Shown: piece after piece, positions 55,875 through 64,000 of the stretch | Position numbering within the stretch: the first letter of the stretch is position 1 | Layout: each line of letters starts with the position of its first letter | The notes under the pieces: generated by a model | The model's database searches: none | Told to the model about the DNA's origin: nothing | Seen by the model: only the letters and a program-made list of their open reading frames with translations | DNA from: Acidimicrobiia bacterium | GTDB lineage: Bacteria; Actinomycetota; Acidimicrobiia; Spongiisociales; Spongiisociaceae | NCBI GenBank assembly: GCA_041576165.1 | Contig: JBFGLM010000022.1 | Coordinates: 14,528-78,527, forward strand | Length of the DNA stretch: 64,000 nt | Direction of reading: 5' to 3' | Made by a program: the position numbers and the translations under genes

Positions 55875-58800
55875 TCACGCCTGGCGTAGCTCGTCAAGCG
55901 TTGGGCACGGGTCGATCTCGAATCGGGCGCACTCGGCATCGGTGAACCCGCGAGTCAGCCGAGAGCGAGCAATTTCCAGCAACTCATCGGGATCGAGGGT
56001 GTACGTGAATCGATCGCCCGTTTCGAGCGTGACGAGCAGGTGTTGGTCATCGTTCGCGAATTCCAGCCCGAATACCTGGTCGTCGGCCCGGATCGCGTGG
56101 ACCAGCGAGCCATCCTCGGCCGACCAGACACGGACCCACTCGTCGATGGATCCGCTGGCTATCAACGAGGCGTCCTGACTGACTGCGATCGCGTTGATGA
56201 TGCCGGCATGGGCGCCGCTGATGTGGTGGACCGTGTCAAGCGTCTCGGGGTCGAGCACATCGAGATACGAGGCACCCTGGGGGTCGGGAGTTCCGACGAT
56301 GAACGCTCCGTCCGGCGAAACAATCAAACGGGCACCCGGTGCGAGACCGCGGTCCCAGGCACGCCGGTTTGTCACTTCCATCGTCTCGCCATCCACAACC
56401 GCAAGCTCGTTGGCGAAGCCAACCACGACCTGTCGGTCATCAATAAATGCCGCCGACAGGCGCGCACCATGGGCCCCGTCTGCGGGCACAATCAACTCGC
56501 GGCCGTCGGTGTTGCGGACCGTGAAGTGGAATTCTTCCTTCTGGCCCGACACCTGAATCGCGCCGTCAGCCGAACGCACGGTAACCGGCACCCGGCGAGT
56601 GAAAGGCGAAGCAAGAAAGTTGCTTGCCAGGTCTCTGCCCAGCTCGATCCCTGCGCTCGGAGACACGTCTATCAGGGCGGCAGTCGGTCCAGTTCCGAAT
56701 ATCAACATACGAGTTCCGTCAGCTGTCAACGCGGTGAAGCCGATCGTGCTGCCGGCGACCACCTCGGTGTCGAGCCGGCCCGACGGGATCTCCCAGATCC
56801 GGACAACGCCATCCTCACCAGTGGTCCACAAACGCCCGTCAGGGAAGAAGCCCCCAACGAGGCGCAGATCGTGGAACATGCTGTCGGCGATCACAACCTC
56901 ATCCGTCTCCACCTCCGAGGCGCTGAATGTGTGTTGGTTCGCCGAGACGAGTAGGGATCCGTCCTGATTCAGCGTTGGATGATCTCTAGCGAGAACCTCC
57001 CGGACCAGGCGTCCGTCGTTTGTGTGGTAAAGCGACGCGGCCTTCAGTGGCCTGGTATCTCGAGTTGTGACCGCGGCAAGCTGTCCGTCTGCGCTGATCG
57101 AGGCCAATACCTCCCGGCGCCCTGCCACGAGAAAGGTTTGTGCCGGACCCAGCGCTCGATGCTCGCGGGTCGTTACGTCGAAAACCCGCACAATGGGCGT
57201 CCCGAGGCAATCCTCACCGGAAACCTCCATGAAGAGGAACCGGCTTTGGGCAACACCGGCGGAGGTGGCGGAGAGCGTGAAGGAGCACTCCGGTGCCGGA
57301 AGATGGAACAACTCGTTTCCGTTCGATGAATCAAGCAGATAGATGCCGGCAGGTTTGGTCCCGCCGTGGGTGACATTCACAGCGATCTCGCGCCCGTCGG
57401 ACACGAAGTAGCCGCTGATGTCTGCTCCGGAGTGTTCCAAGCTCCACCGTCGGGACCCGTCCGGGATGTTGACGACCTCGAGGTGCCCACCCGGGAATGA
57501 GTAGGCGAGCATGGCATCGCCCGCCGGAGAGATATCCCCATTGAGCTGTCCGTAGGGCCGATCTTCTGGCCATTCGTAGCGGAACACCGTCCAATGTGTG
57601 CTGATCGCCTGATGGAGGGCCGTCATTCCTTCAACCGTCGGCTCGCCGACACTGGCGGATTGGATAGCGAGCAGCAGGCTCAGCTCGGGGTCGGCGCTCA
57701 GCACTTCGTCGGAGATGGCGGCCGCGGCGAGTTGGCGGGAATGAGCCAGGTCGGCGCTGTTGCTGGCTTGTTGGCGACCGATGAAGGCGAGCACGGCGAG
57801 TACCGAGGCTACGGCGGCGGCTACAGCGAAACCGGTGTTGAGGCGCCGTCTGGTTCGTCGGCGGCGGGCGGCTGCGGATGTGGCGGCTATCGACGATGCG
57901 TCGACGTATTCGCCTACGAGCGGCCGGACGGCCAGCTCAGTTTGGTCGGTCAAGTCGGCTGCTTCCGAAAGTCGGCGGCCTTGTAGGAGGTAGGCGGGGT
58001 CGCGGTCGCCTTCGACCCATTCGGACGCGGCGCGTTCGAGGGTGGTGTTGAGCCGGAGGTCGTCGCGGACCTGGTCGATCCAGGAGCGCAGTTGGGGCCA
58101 ATCACGCAGCAGGGCTTCGTGGGCGATCTCGACGGTGGGTTCGCGTGTCACGGTGTCTCGGTCGAAGGCGAGGAGCCGGTGGCGACCGAAGGTGTCGAGC
58201 ACCGCTTGGACTGGGCCACCGCCGAGGTCGGCGAGTTGGGTTTGGCGGACCCGACGGCGGCTATCGCCCGCTCCCTCTCCGAGGGTGACCAGGCGGAGGA
58301 AGACCTGGCGGGCAGTGTCGCGTTGGGGACCGTCGAGTGAGGCGAGAACGGAGTCGGCGCGGGTTCCGAGCGCGGCTCCGACCCCGCCGAGGTCCGTATA
58401 GGAATCGGAGTGGATCACTGTGCCTTGGCGGGCGTCATACAGTTCGGTGAGCGTGTATTGGAGAAGGGGGAGGCCGCCGGGTTCGTCGGCCACGTCGGTG
58501 ATGATGCGGGCGACGAGCGCTGGTTCGAACCTGACGCCGGCTTGTTCGGCGGGTCCCTGAATGGCGCGTTCGAGTTCTTCGGGAGTCATGGGACTGATCA
58601 GCTCGGTGCCGTCCCGCATCAGCCGCCCCAGGGCGGGATGGTTGAGAGGCCGGTCGGAGTAGTCGGCCCGGACTGTGATCACCACCCGCAACGGGCACGG
58701 CTCGCTGCGGATCGCTTCCGTTAACAGCGCGATGAACCGGTCGGCCCGTTCGGCCGAGGTGTGGAAGAGTTCTTCGAACTGGTCGACCACCAACACCAAC

Positions 58801-60755
58801 CGGCTGCTGTCATCCGGTAGCACCTCGGTGACTGCGTCGGCCAGGTCGGTCTGGCCTTGGAGCAGCCGGTCGACGAGGCCGACCGGCCGGTCAGCCGCCA
58901 CCGACTCGAGGGCGTCGGCGAGTGCTTCGAAAGGAAACGTGCCCGGGGTCATCTCGGCGGCGAACCACCGCTCCGAGCCTGGTATCGCGCCGTCGTGCAA
59001 CGCTGGGAGCAGGCCTGCTTTCACTGCGCTGGATTTCCCGCTCCCGCTCGGGCCCACCACGGCCACGAACCGGCCCCGCTGACCTGTCTGCCCGAGGCGG
59101 GCGACCAGTCGCTCGACGAGCCGTTCCCGGCCGAAGAACAGATGGGCGTCATTCTGTTCGAACGCTCGCAGCCCCTTGAACGGATTGGGCGCTGCCAAGT
59201 CGCTCGGGCTCACGCGTGCATCAGCTGAACGGGCAAGGGCGTCGAGCATTGCTCCGGCATCCTCAAAACGTCGATCAGGATCGGTGGCGGTGGCCTGCTC
59301 GATCAGGCGACTGAGCGGACCGGAAAACGACCCGGACTGTTCCATCGTCCGGCCGAGCCCGAATACGTCACCCGCCGGTGACGGTGCAGCATCCGAATTC
59401 CGCAGCTCAGGAGCGACATAGTCAACGTGAGCTCGGCTCGGATCAGGAGGCAGCCCGATACCGAAATCCGTCAGATAGCTGTTGCCGGCGTCGTCCAGCA
59501 GAATGTTGGATGGTCGAACGTCGGCGTGCACGATCCCACGCTCGTGCGCCGCCGCCAGCGCACCGCCGATCTGACTGATGAGTTGAATGACTTGTGACTC
59601 GTCAAGCCCATCGTTGTTGACAACGCCGTCCAGGCTCCCACCCGCCATATACCGGACCACCAGGTAGGCCGCGTCGGGCTCCCGCCAATAGTCGTACAAC
59701 GGCACAACATGCGGATGCTCCAAACCAGCGATCAGGCGGGCTTCCGCCTCGAAGTTGCGGATGAACTCCGGATCGTTGGCCAGCTCCGGCCGGATCACTT
59801 TGATGGCCACCTCGCGGCCTACTGCCGGCTGGAACGCCCGATACACCGCTCCGTGGCGACCAGTGCCCAGCTTCTCCCGCAGCTCATAACCCCGCACCGC
59901 CAGCCCCGGCTCCAAACCGCCACCCACCAACACTGCAGGCGACTCAAGGGTCGGGTCGCCGGCCAAGATCCTCTCCTCCAGCTGCTGGAGCTCACTGCTG
60001 GGATCGACCCCCAGCTCGTCTGCCAACCGCACCCGCAGATGACCGAACGCGCGCAACGCATCCGACTGACGGCCCGCCCGCCACAACGCCAGCATCAACT
60101 GGCCGGTGAAATGCTCCCGCAGCGGATGCTGGGTCACCACCGTCTCCAACTCACCAACCAGCTCCCGCGACAACCCACGAGCCAAATCGGCATCAATCCG
60201 CGCCTCCACCGCCTCCAACCGCAGCTCGGTCAGTCGCCCCATCTCGGGCTGGGCCCACTCCTCATATACAAAGTCCTCCAGCGCCAGACCTCGCCACAAG
60301 CCCAACGCCTCCCCAAGCGCCACCGACGCCGCCGCCGGATCCGACCCCAACAGGGCTCGACCCTCCGAGACTCCCGCCTCGAAGCGATCCACATCCAGCC
60401 AACCCGGCTCCACCTGCAACAGATAGCCCGGCGAACGGGTCAACAGCACAGATTCGTCGTCCTCGCCGTCGTCGCTCAACGCCTTCCGCAGGTTCGAAAC
60501 ATGCACCCACAACACGTTCTGCCTGTCCTTGGCGGCTTCATCGCCCCACAACGCGTCAATGATTCGATCCGTCGCAACGATCTGATTCGCATTCAGCAAC
60601 AACAACGCCAACAACGACCTCTGCTTGAAACTCGAAACCTCAACCCGCCCCGCCGGACCCGACACCTCCAACGGACCCAACAACCCGAACCGCACCCCTC
60701 CACGCTGGACAGTCCGCGTGCCGACCGCCCCCATCGCATCGGTCCACTCAGACAT
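55875..60755 (-). CDS. SARP (wHTH-BTAD)-Ser/Thr kinase-STAND (nSTAND1-type) NTPase-TM-WD40 protein
   Basis: LLGPLEV, WRGLAL, HPLREH (SARP); VAIK, HADVRPSN, DFG (kinase); GPSGSGKSS, VVDQFEELF, EIAHEALL (STAND); TM then beta-propeller repeats. GGAGG SD before ATG 60755. Confidence 0.92.
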   Translation of the reverse strand: MSEWTDAMGAVGTRTVQRGGVRFGLLGPLEVSGPAGRVEVSSFKQRSLLALLLLNANQIVATDRIIDALWGDEAAKDRQNVLWVHVSNLRKALSDDGEDDESVLLTRSPGYLLQVEPGWLDVDRFEAGVSEGRALLGSDPAAASVALGEALGLWRGLALEDFVYEEWAQPEMGRLTELRLEAVEARIDADLARGLSRELVGELETVVTQHPLREHFTGQLMLALWRAGRQSDALRAFGHLRVRLADELGVDPSSELQQLEERILAGDPTLESPAVLVGGGLEPGLAVRGYELREKLGTGRHGAVYRAFQPAVGREVAIKVIRPELANDPEFIRNFEAEARLIAGLEHPHVVPLYDYWREPDAAYLVVRYMAGGSLDGVVNNDGLDESQVIQLISQIGGALAAAHERGIVHADVRPSNILLDDAGNSYLTDFGIGLPPDPSRAHVDYVAPELRNSDAAPSPAGDVFGLGRTMEQSGSFSGPLSRLIEQATATDPDRRFEDAGAMLDALARSADARVSPSDLAAPNPFKGLRAFEQNDAHLFFGRERLVERLVARLGQTGQRGRFVAVVGPSGSGKSSAVKAGLLPALHDGAIPGSERWFAAEMTPGTFPFEALADALESVAADRPVGLVDRLLQGQTDLADAVTEVLPDDSSRLVLVVDQFEELFHTSAERADRFIALLTEAIRSEPCPLRVVITVRADYSDRPLNHPALGRLMRDGTELISPMTPEELERAIQGPAEQAGVRFEPALVARIITDVADEPGGLPLLQYTLTELYDARQGTVIHSDSYTDLGGVGAALGTRADSVLASLDGPQRDTARQVFLRLVTLGEGAGDSRRRVRQTQLADLGGGPVQAVLDTFGRHRLLAFDRDTVTREPTVEIAHEALLRDWPQLRSWIDQVRDDLRLNTTLERAASEWVEGDRDPAYLLQGRRLSEAADLTDQTELAVRPLVGEYVDASSIAATSAAARRRRTRRRLNTGFAVAAAVASVLAVLAFIGRQQASNSADLAHSRQLAAAAISDEVLSADPELSLLLAIQSASVGEPTVEGMTALHQAISTHWTVFRYEWPEDRPYGQLNGDISPAGDAMLAYSFPGGHLEVVNIPDGSRRWSLEHSGADISGYFVSDGREIAVNVTHGGTKPAGIYLLDSSNGNELFHLPAPECSFTLSATSAGVAQSRFLFMEVSGEDCLGTPIVRVFDVTTREHRALGPAQTFLVAGRREVLASISADGQLAAVTTRDTRPLKAASLYHTNDGRLVREVLARDHPTLNQDGSLLVSANQHTFSASEVETDEVVIADSMFHDLRLVGGFFPDGRLWTTGEDGVVRIWEIPSGRLDTEVVAGSTIGFTALTADGTRMLIFGTGPTAALIDVSPSAGIELGRDLASNFLASPFTRRVPVTVRSADGAIQVSGQKEEFHFTVRNTDGRELIVPADGAHGARLSAAFIDDRQVVVGFANELAVVDGETMEVTNRRAWDRGLAPGARLIVSPDGAFIVGTPDPQGASYLDVLDPETLDTVHHISGAHAGIINAIAVSQDASLIASGSIDEWVRVWSAEDGSLVHAIRADDQVFGLEFANDDQHLLVTLETGDRFTYTLDPDELLEIARSRLTRGFTDAECARFEIDPCPTLDELRQA

Positions 60756-60785
60756 GACGTCCTCCAAACTTCCCGGCCGCCGGCG

Positions 60786-63700
60786 TCATGCCGACCGCAA
60801 ATCGTCCAACGTCGGGCAGGGATCGAGGCGATACGTCTCGCATTCCTGCTCGGTGAACCCGCGGCTGACACGTGTCCGCGCCTTCGCGATCAGCTCGTCG
60901 GTGTCGAGGGTCAAGACCTCGACCGGGCCGAAACGGTCGGTGACCAGCAGGTGCTGGTCATCGAGGAACTCGACGTTGGTCAGGTCGCTGCCGGGCAGCG
61001 GATATGTCTCAAGGATTTCGCCACTGGCGAGATCGACTACGTGCATCAGCCCGTCAGCGTTCACCAGCGCCGCCCGCGTGCCGTCCTCGGTGAGTGCGAG
61101 GTCGCGTGTCTGACCCGACCCCGTGAGAATGTCACGTTCTTCCCACGTTTCGGCGTCATAGATCCGGATCTGACCGTGGTGGGCCTGGGCGGTGACGAGT
61201 TCGCGCCCTTCCGGGGTGAACCGCATGACCCATGACGGCGCTCCGGGATGACCAACTTGTTGGACGAGCGACCAGTCTCGGGTGCTGTATGCCCACATTC
61301 CCGTCTTGCTCGACATGACTAGAAGTTCGCCGTCAGGGCTGAACTGGACAGCAGACGCTGGCCAAAAGCCGAGCGGCTCGGAAATGAATACTGATGCACC
61401 GGTTGCTGCGTTCCAGACGAACAGCCGATTGGTGGTCCCGCCAGACATTGCGAGCAGCTCTCCGTCGGGCGACCACGCCAGATCTGTCGCACCCGCCGGC
61501 AGCGTTCCTTCGGCGCATGGCGGCCCCGGCACGAATGGCACCCAGCGCGTCGGCGTGAAGTCGCAATGGCCCTCCATCGTCAGCCCGGCGACTCCGGAGT
61601 CCGCATCGAAGAGTCGCACCGCGCCCAACCCGGAGTCGGTGGCCGTCTGAACAGCGATGACTTGGCCGTCGGGTGAGAAGCGGGCGACCTTGCCGGCGAC
61701 CTCTGGAATGCGGATGAGTTCTACGCCGGTTGCCGTATCAAACACGATCGCCTCTGCCGGGCTGAAGCGATCCATCACCGACACGATGTTGCTGAAGGGG
61801 TTCGAGGTCTCATTCGGATACGTCAGCAGCACCGCTCTGTCGCCGGCGACGTCCAAGCCGGCGTCGGCGTTATAGCCGCGTGAGATCGGGAAGCTCATTT
61901 GCCCGCGCGGCGCGTCAAGATCCCAAAGACGCGCAGTGCCGTCGGTGGATCCCGAAATGACATGTGATCCAGATCGATCAGTCGAGAGTGAAAACGCCCA
62001 GCCATCGTGGCCTCGCAGAGTCGTGATCAGCCGTCCCGAGGCGGTCTCGTGCACCCGGATGTCGCCGTTGTCGCAGTGGACGAACACTCGGCTCTCATCG
62101 GAGTTGAAGGTGAGATCCATGCACGGGTGATTGATGCTGGTCAGTACGAAGTCGGCTGGCATATACGCCCACAGCTCCTCGCCGGTTTCGGCATCGAACA
62201 ACGCCGACTGTCCGATAAGGAAGCTGCCAGCCGGACTCAAGAATGGTGATGTCAGCCGGTCCGCAAAGTCGACGTCTCGCGTCACGCCGGTGATGAGGTT
62301 TTCGAGGTGGAGCACGCCGTTTTCCGCGACGAACGCCCAGCCACTGGTCGTGATTCCGAAGTCTCTCCCGACCGCGGGCGTGAGAGGGCGAGGCTCGGAC
62401 ACGGCAGCCCCTGAGTAAGGGTCGACTCGCCAGAATGCGGGCATCTCATTTTCGCACGGCCCGATGGCCAGCCAAGGAATCTCCATCGAGGGCTTGGTTC
62501 CCCGATCATGGAAGTGGGTCTGCACAGGCGTCGGGGCGGGCGCACAATCTCCGTTCGGTAGGGCCGTCAAGTGTCGGAGATGCTCGCCCGAAGTTGGATC
62601 GTAGAAGTGGACACCCCAGATGCTCGGATCGGCAGGCTCCGGCGGCAAGTCACGCCCCGGCTCTGCGCCCCATTCGGTAACGACAGACAACTCACTGCCG
62701 TCAGCGGTGAACAGCGGAACCAAGAACCATCCGTGGGGTACGACTAAGTCCCATAGAAACACGGGGTCCGGTCCGCTCACGTCCCATACCTCGATCTCGG
62801 AGTCGAACGCTCCGACGGCAACCAGCGAAGCATCGGGGCTCATGCTGGCGGTCAGGGTCCAGTCCCGGGGGCGGTCCCAGTTGAAGGTGTGGATCGTCCG
62901 GTGCTCCGCCATTGCCGCCCGGAGCGCGCTGCGGCTTTCGAACTCGAGCTCTCCGGTCGAGGCTGCCTGCACCGCCAGCAGGAGACTCAACTCAGGGTCT
63001 TCGTCGAGGACGCCGGTGGCGGCCGCGGCCAGCTCGCGGGAACGGGCGAGTTCAGCGTTGTCGCGCGCCCGTTGCTGGCCGATGAAGGCCAGCGCAGCGA
63101 GAACCGAGGCCACGACGGCGGCGATCGCGAACCCGCTCGTGATCCGCCGTCTGACCCGGCGGCGGCGTTCGGTGGCGGTCGTCACGACGGTCGTGGATTC
63201 GTCGATGAATTCCTGGACGACCGGGCGGACCGCGATTTCGGTGTGGTCTGCGAACTCGGAGGCTTGCGCCAAGCGCCGCCCCTGGAGCAGATACGCGGGA
63301 TCACGGTTTGCCTCAACCCACTCGGTCACGCTGCGGTCGAGTCCGGCAGCGATCCGCAGGTCGTCGCGGGTTTCGTCGATCCATCGCCGCAACGCCGGCC
63401 AGTCCCGCAGCAGCGCCTCGTGGGCGATTTCCACAGTCGGTTCGCGGGTGACTGGATCCCGATCAAAGGTCAGCAGCCGGTGCCGGCCGAAGGTGTCGAG
63501 CACCGCCCGGACTGCGGCACCCGTGCCGAGGTCGGTCAGATCTGTTTGTCGTACCCGGCGGCGGCTGTCGCCGGCGCCTTCGCCGAGGGTCACCAAGCGA
63601 AGGAAGATCTGACGAGCGGTGCGTCGGGCAGCCTCATCCAGTGAGCGCAGCACACTGTCGGCCCGGTTGGCCAGCGCGGCGGTGACGCCACCCAACCCCG

Positions 63701-64000
63701 AGTAGGCGGCGGTGTGGATGACCGAACCACGGCGGGCCTCGAAGAGCTCGGTCAACGTGTACTGGAGGAGGGGAAGCCCGCCGGGTTCGCCGGCCACGTC
63801 GGCAATGATCTGCGCCACCAGTGCGGCCTCGAACGTCACCCCGGCCTGTTGCGCCGGGCCCTGGATGGCACGTTCCAGTTCCTCGGTGGTCATGGGGCTG
63901 ATCAGCTCGGTGCTGTCCCGCATCAGCCGTCCCATCTCCGGATGATTGAGGGGCCGGTCCGAGTAGTCCGCTCTCACGGTGACCACCACCCGGATGGGAC
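60786..64000 (-). CDS. Second STAND NTPase-TM-WD40 paralogue (5' end outside the window)
   Basis: VRADYSDRPLNHP, GGLPLLQYTL, EIAHEALL, TM, GH...SGSTDGTARLWD repeats. Confidence 0.92.
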   Translation of the reverse strand, partial: PIRVVVTVRADYSDRPLNHPEMGRLMRDSTELISPMTTEELERAIQGPAQQAGVTFEAALVAQIIADVAGEPGGLPLLQYTLTELFEARRGSVIHTAAYSGLGGVTAALANRADSVLRSLDEAARRTARQIFLRLVTLGEGAGDSRRRVRQTDLTDLGTGAAVRAVLDTFGRHRLLTFDRDPVTREPTVEIAHEALLRDWPALRRWIDETRDDLRIAAGLDRSVTEWVEANRDPAYLLQGRRLAQASEFADHTEIAVRPVVQEFIDESTTVVTTATERRRRVRRRITSGFAIAAVVASVLAALAFIGQQRARDNAELARSRELAAAATGVLDEDPELSLLLAVQAASTGELEFESRSALRAAMAEHRTIHTFNWDRPRDWTLTASMSPDASLVAVGAFDSEIEVWDVSGPDPVFLWDLVVPHGWFLVPLFTADGSELSVVTEWGAEPGRDLPPEPADPSIWGVHFYDPTSGEHLRHLTALPNGDCAPAPTPVQTHFHDRGTKPSMEIPWLAIGPCENEMPAFWRVDPYSGAAVSEPRPLTPAVGRDFGITTSGWAFVAENGVLHLENLITGVTRDVDFADRLTSPFLSPAGSFLIGQSALFDAETGEELWAYMPADFVLTSINHPCMDLTFNSDESRVFVHCDNGDIRVHETASGRLITTLRGHDGWAFSLSTDRSGSHVISGSTDGTARLWDLDAPRGQMSFPISRGYNADAGLDVAGDRAVLLTYPNETSNPFSNIVSVMDRFSPAEAIVFDTATGVELIRIPEVAGKVARFSPDGQVIAVQTATDSGLGAVRLFDADSGVAGLTMEGHCDFTPTRWVPFVPGPPCAEGTLPAGATDLAWSPDGELLAMSGGTTNRLFVWNAATGASVFISEPLGFWPASAVQFSPDGELLVMSSKTGMWAYSTRDWSLVQQVGHPGAPSWVMRFTPEGRELVTAQAHHGQIRIYDAETWEERDILTGSGQTRDLALTEDGTRAALVNADGLMHVVDLASGEILETYPLPGSDLTNVEFLDDQHLLVTDRFGPVEVLTLDTDELIAKARTRVSRGFTEQECETYRLDPCPTLDDLRSA

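Noticed and set aside
55875-64000. Calling the STAND genes Avs anti-phage systems or DGR targets
   Set aside because: There are no nuclease, SIR2 or TIR effectors, no reverse transcriptase and no template repeat in the window. The architecture fits signalling regulators equally well.
1-64000. tRNA, rRNA, riboswitches, integrases and transposases
   Set aside because: None were recognisable by eye. A covariance-model scan would be needed to exclude small RNAs.

Overview
High-GC actinobacterial chromosome segment, probably Acidimicrobiia-like (inferred from mycothione reductase, mycoredoxin, F420-type enzymes, a DUF222-HNH relic and many leaderless genes). It holds about 55 intact CDS. I found no rRNA, tRNA, CRISPR array or intact mobile element. 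Main content: thiol and methionine-sulfoxide repair genes (msrA, msrB, trxA, mtr, mycoredoxin, BisC-like and sulfite-oxidase-like molybdoenzymes), with SigH/SigR-type promoters at msrA and trxA; USP/CBS stress genes; a SigK-like sigma factor with a DUF4331 gene; four internally deleted gene relics; and two tandem STAND NTPase-WD40 proteins. Best candidates for new biology: (1) an orphan alpha-oxoamine synthase next to a multi-TM sensor kinase, behind an AT-rich array of five (A/T)CTAGTCA boxes, resembling a CqsA/CqsS-type signal synthase-sensor pair; (2) a 74-nt rod-like RNA with its own candidate promoter between msrB and mycoredoxin; (3) a PGM1-type ATP-grasp ligase with an overlapping 25-codon upstream ORF and a divergent LuxR regulator; (4) an unannotated leaderless 52-aa amphipathic protein; (5) paralogous STAND receptors with different sensor domains and an internal strand-skew flip. 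All family calls come from motif recognition by eye, not database searches.
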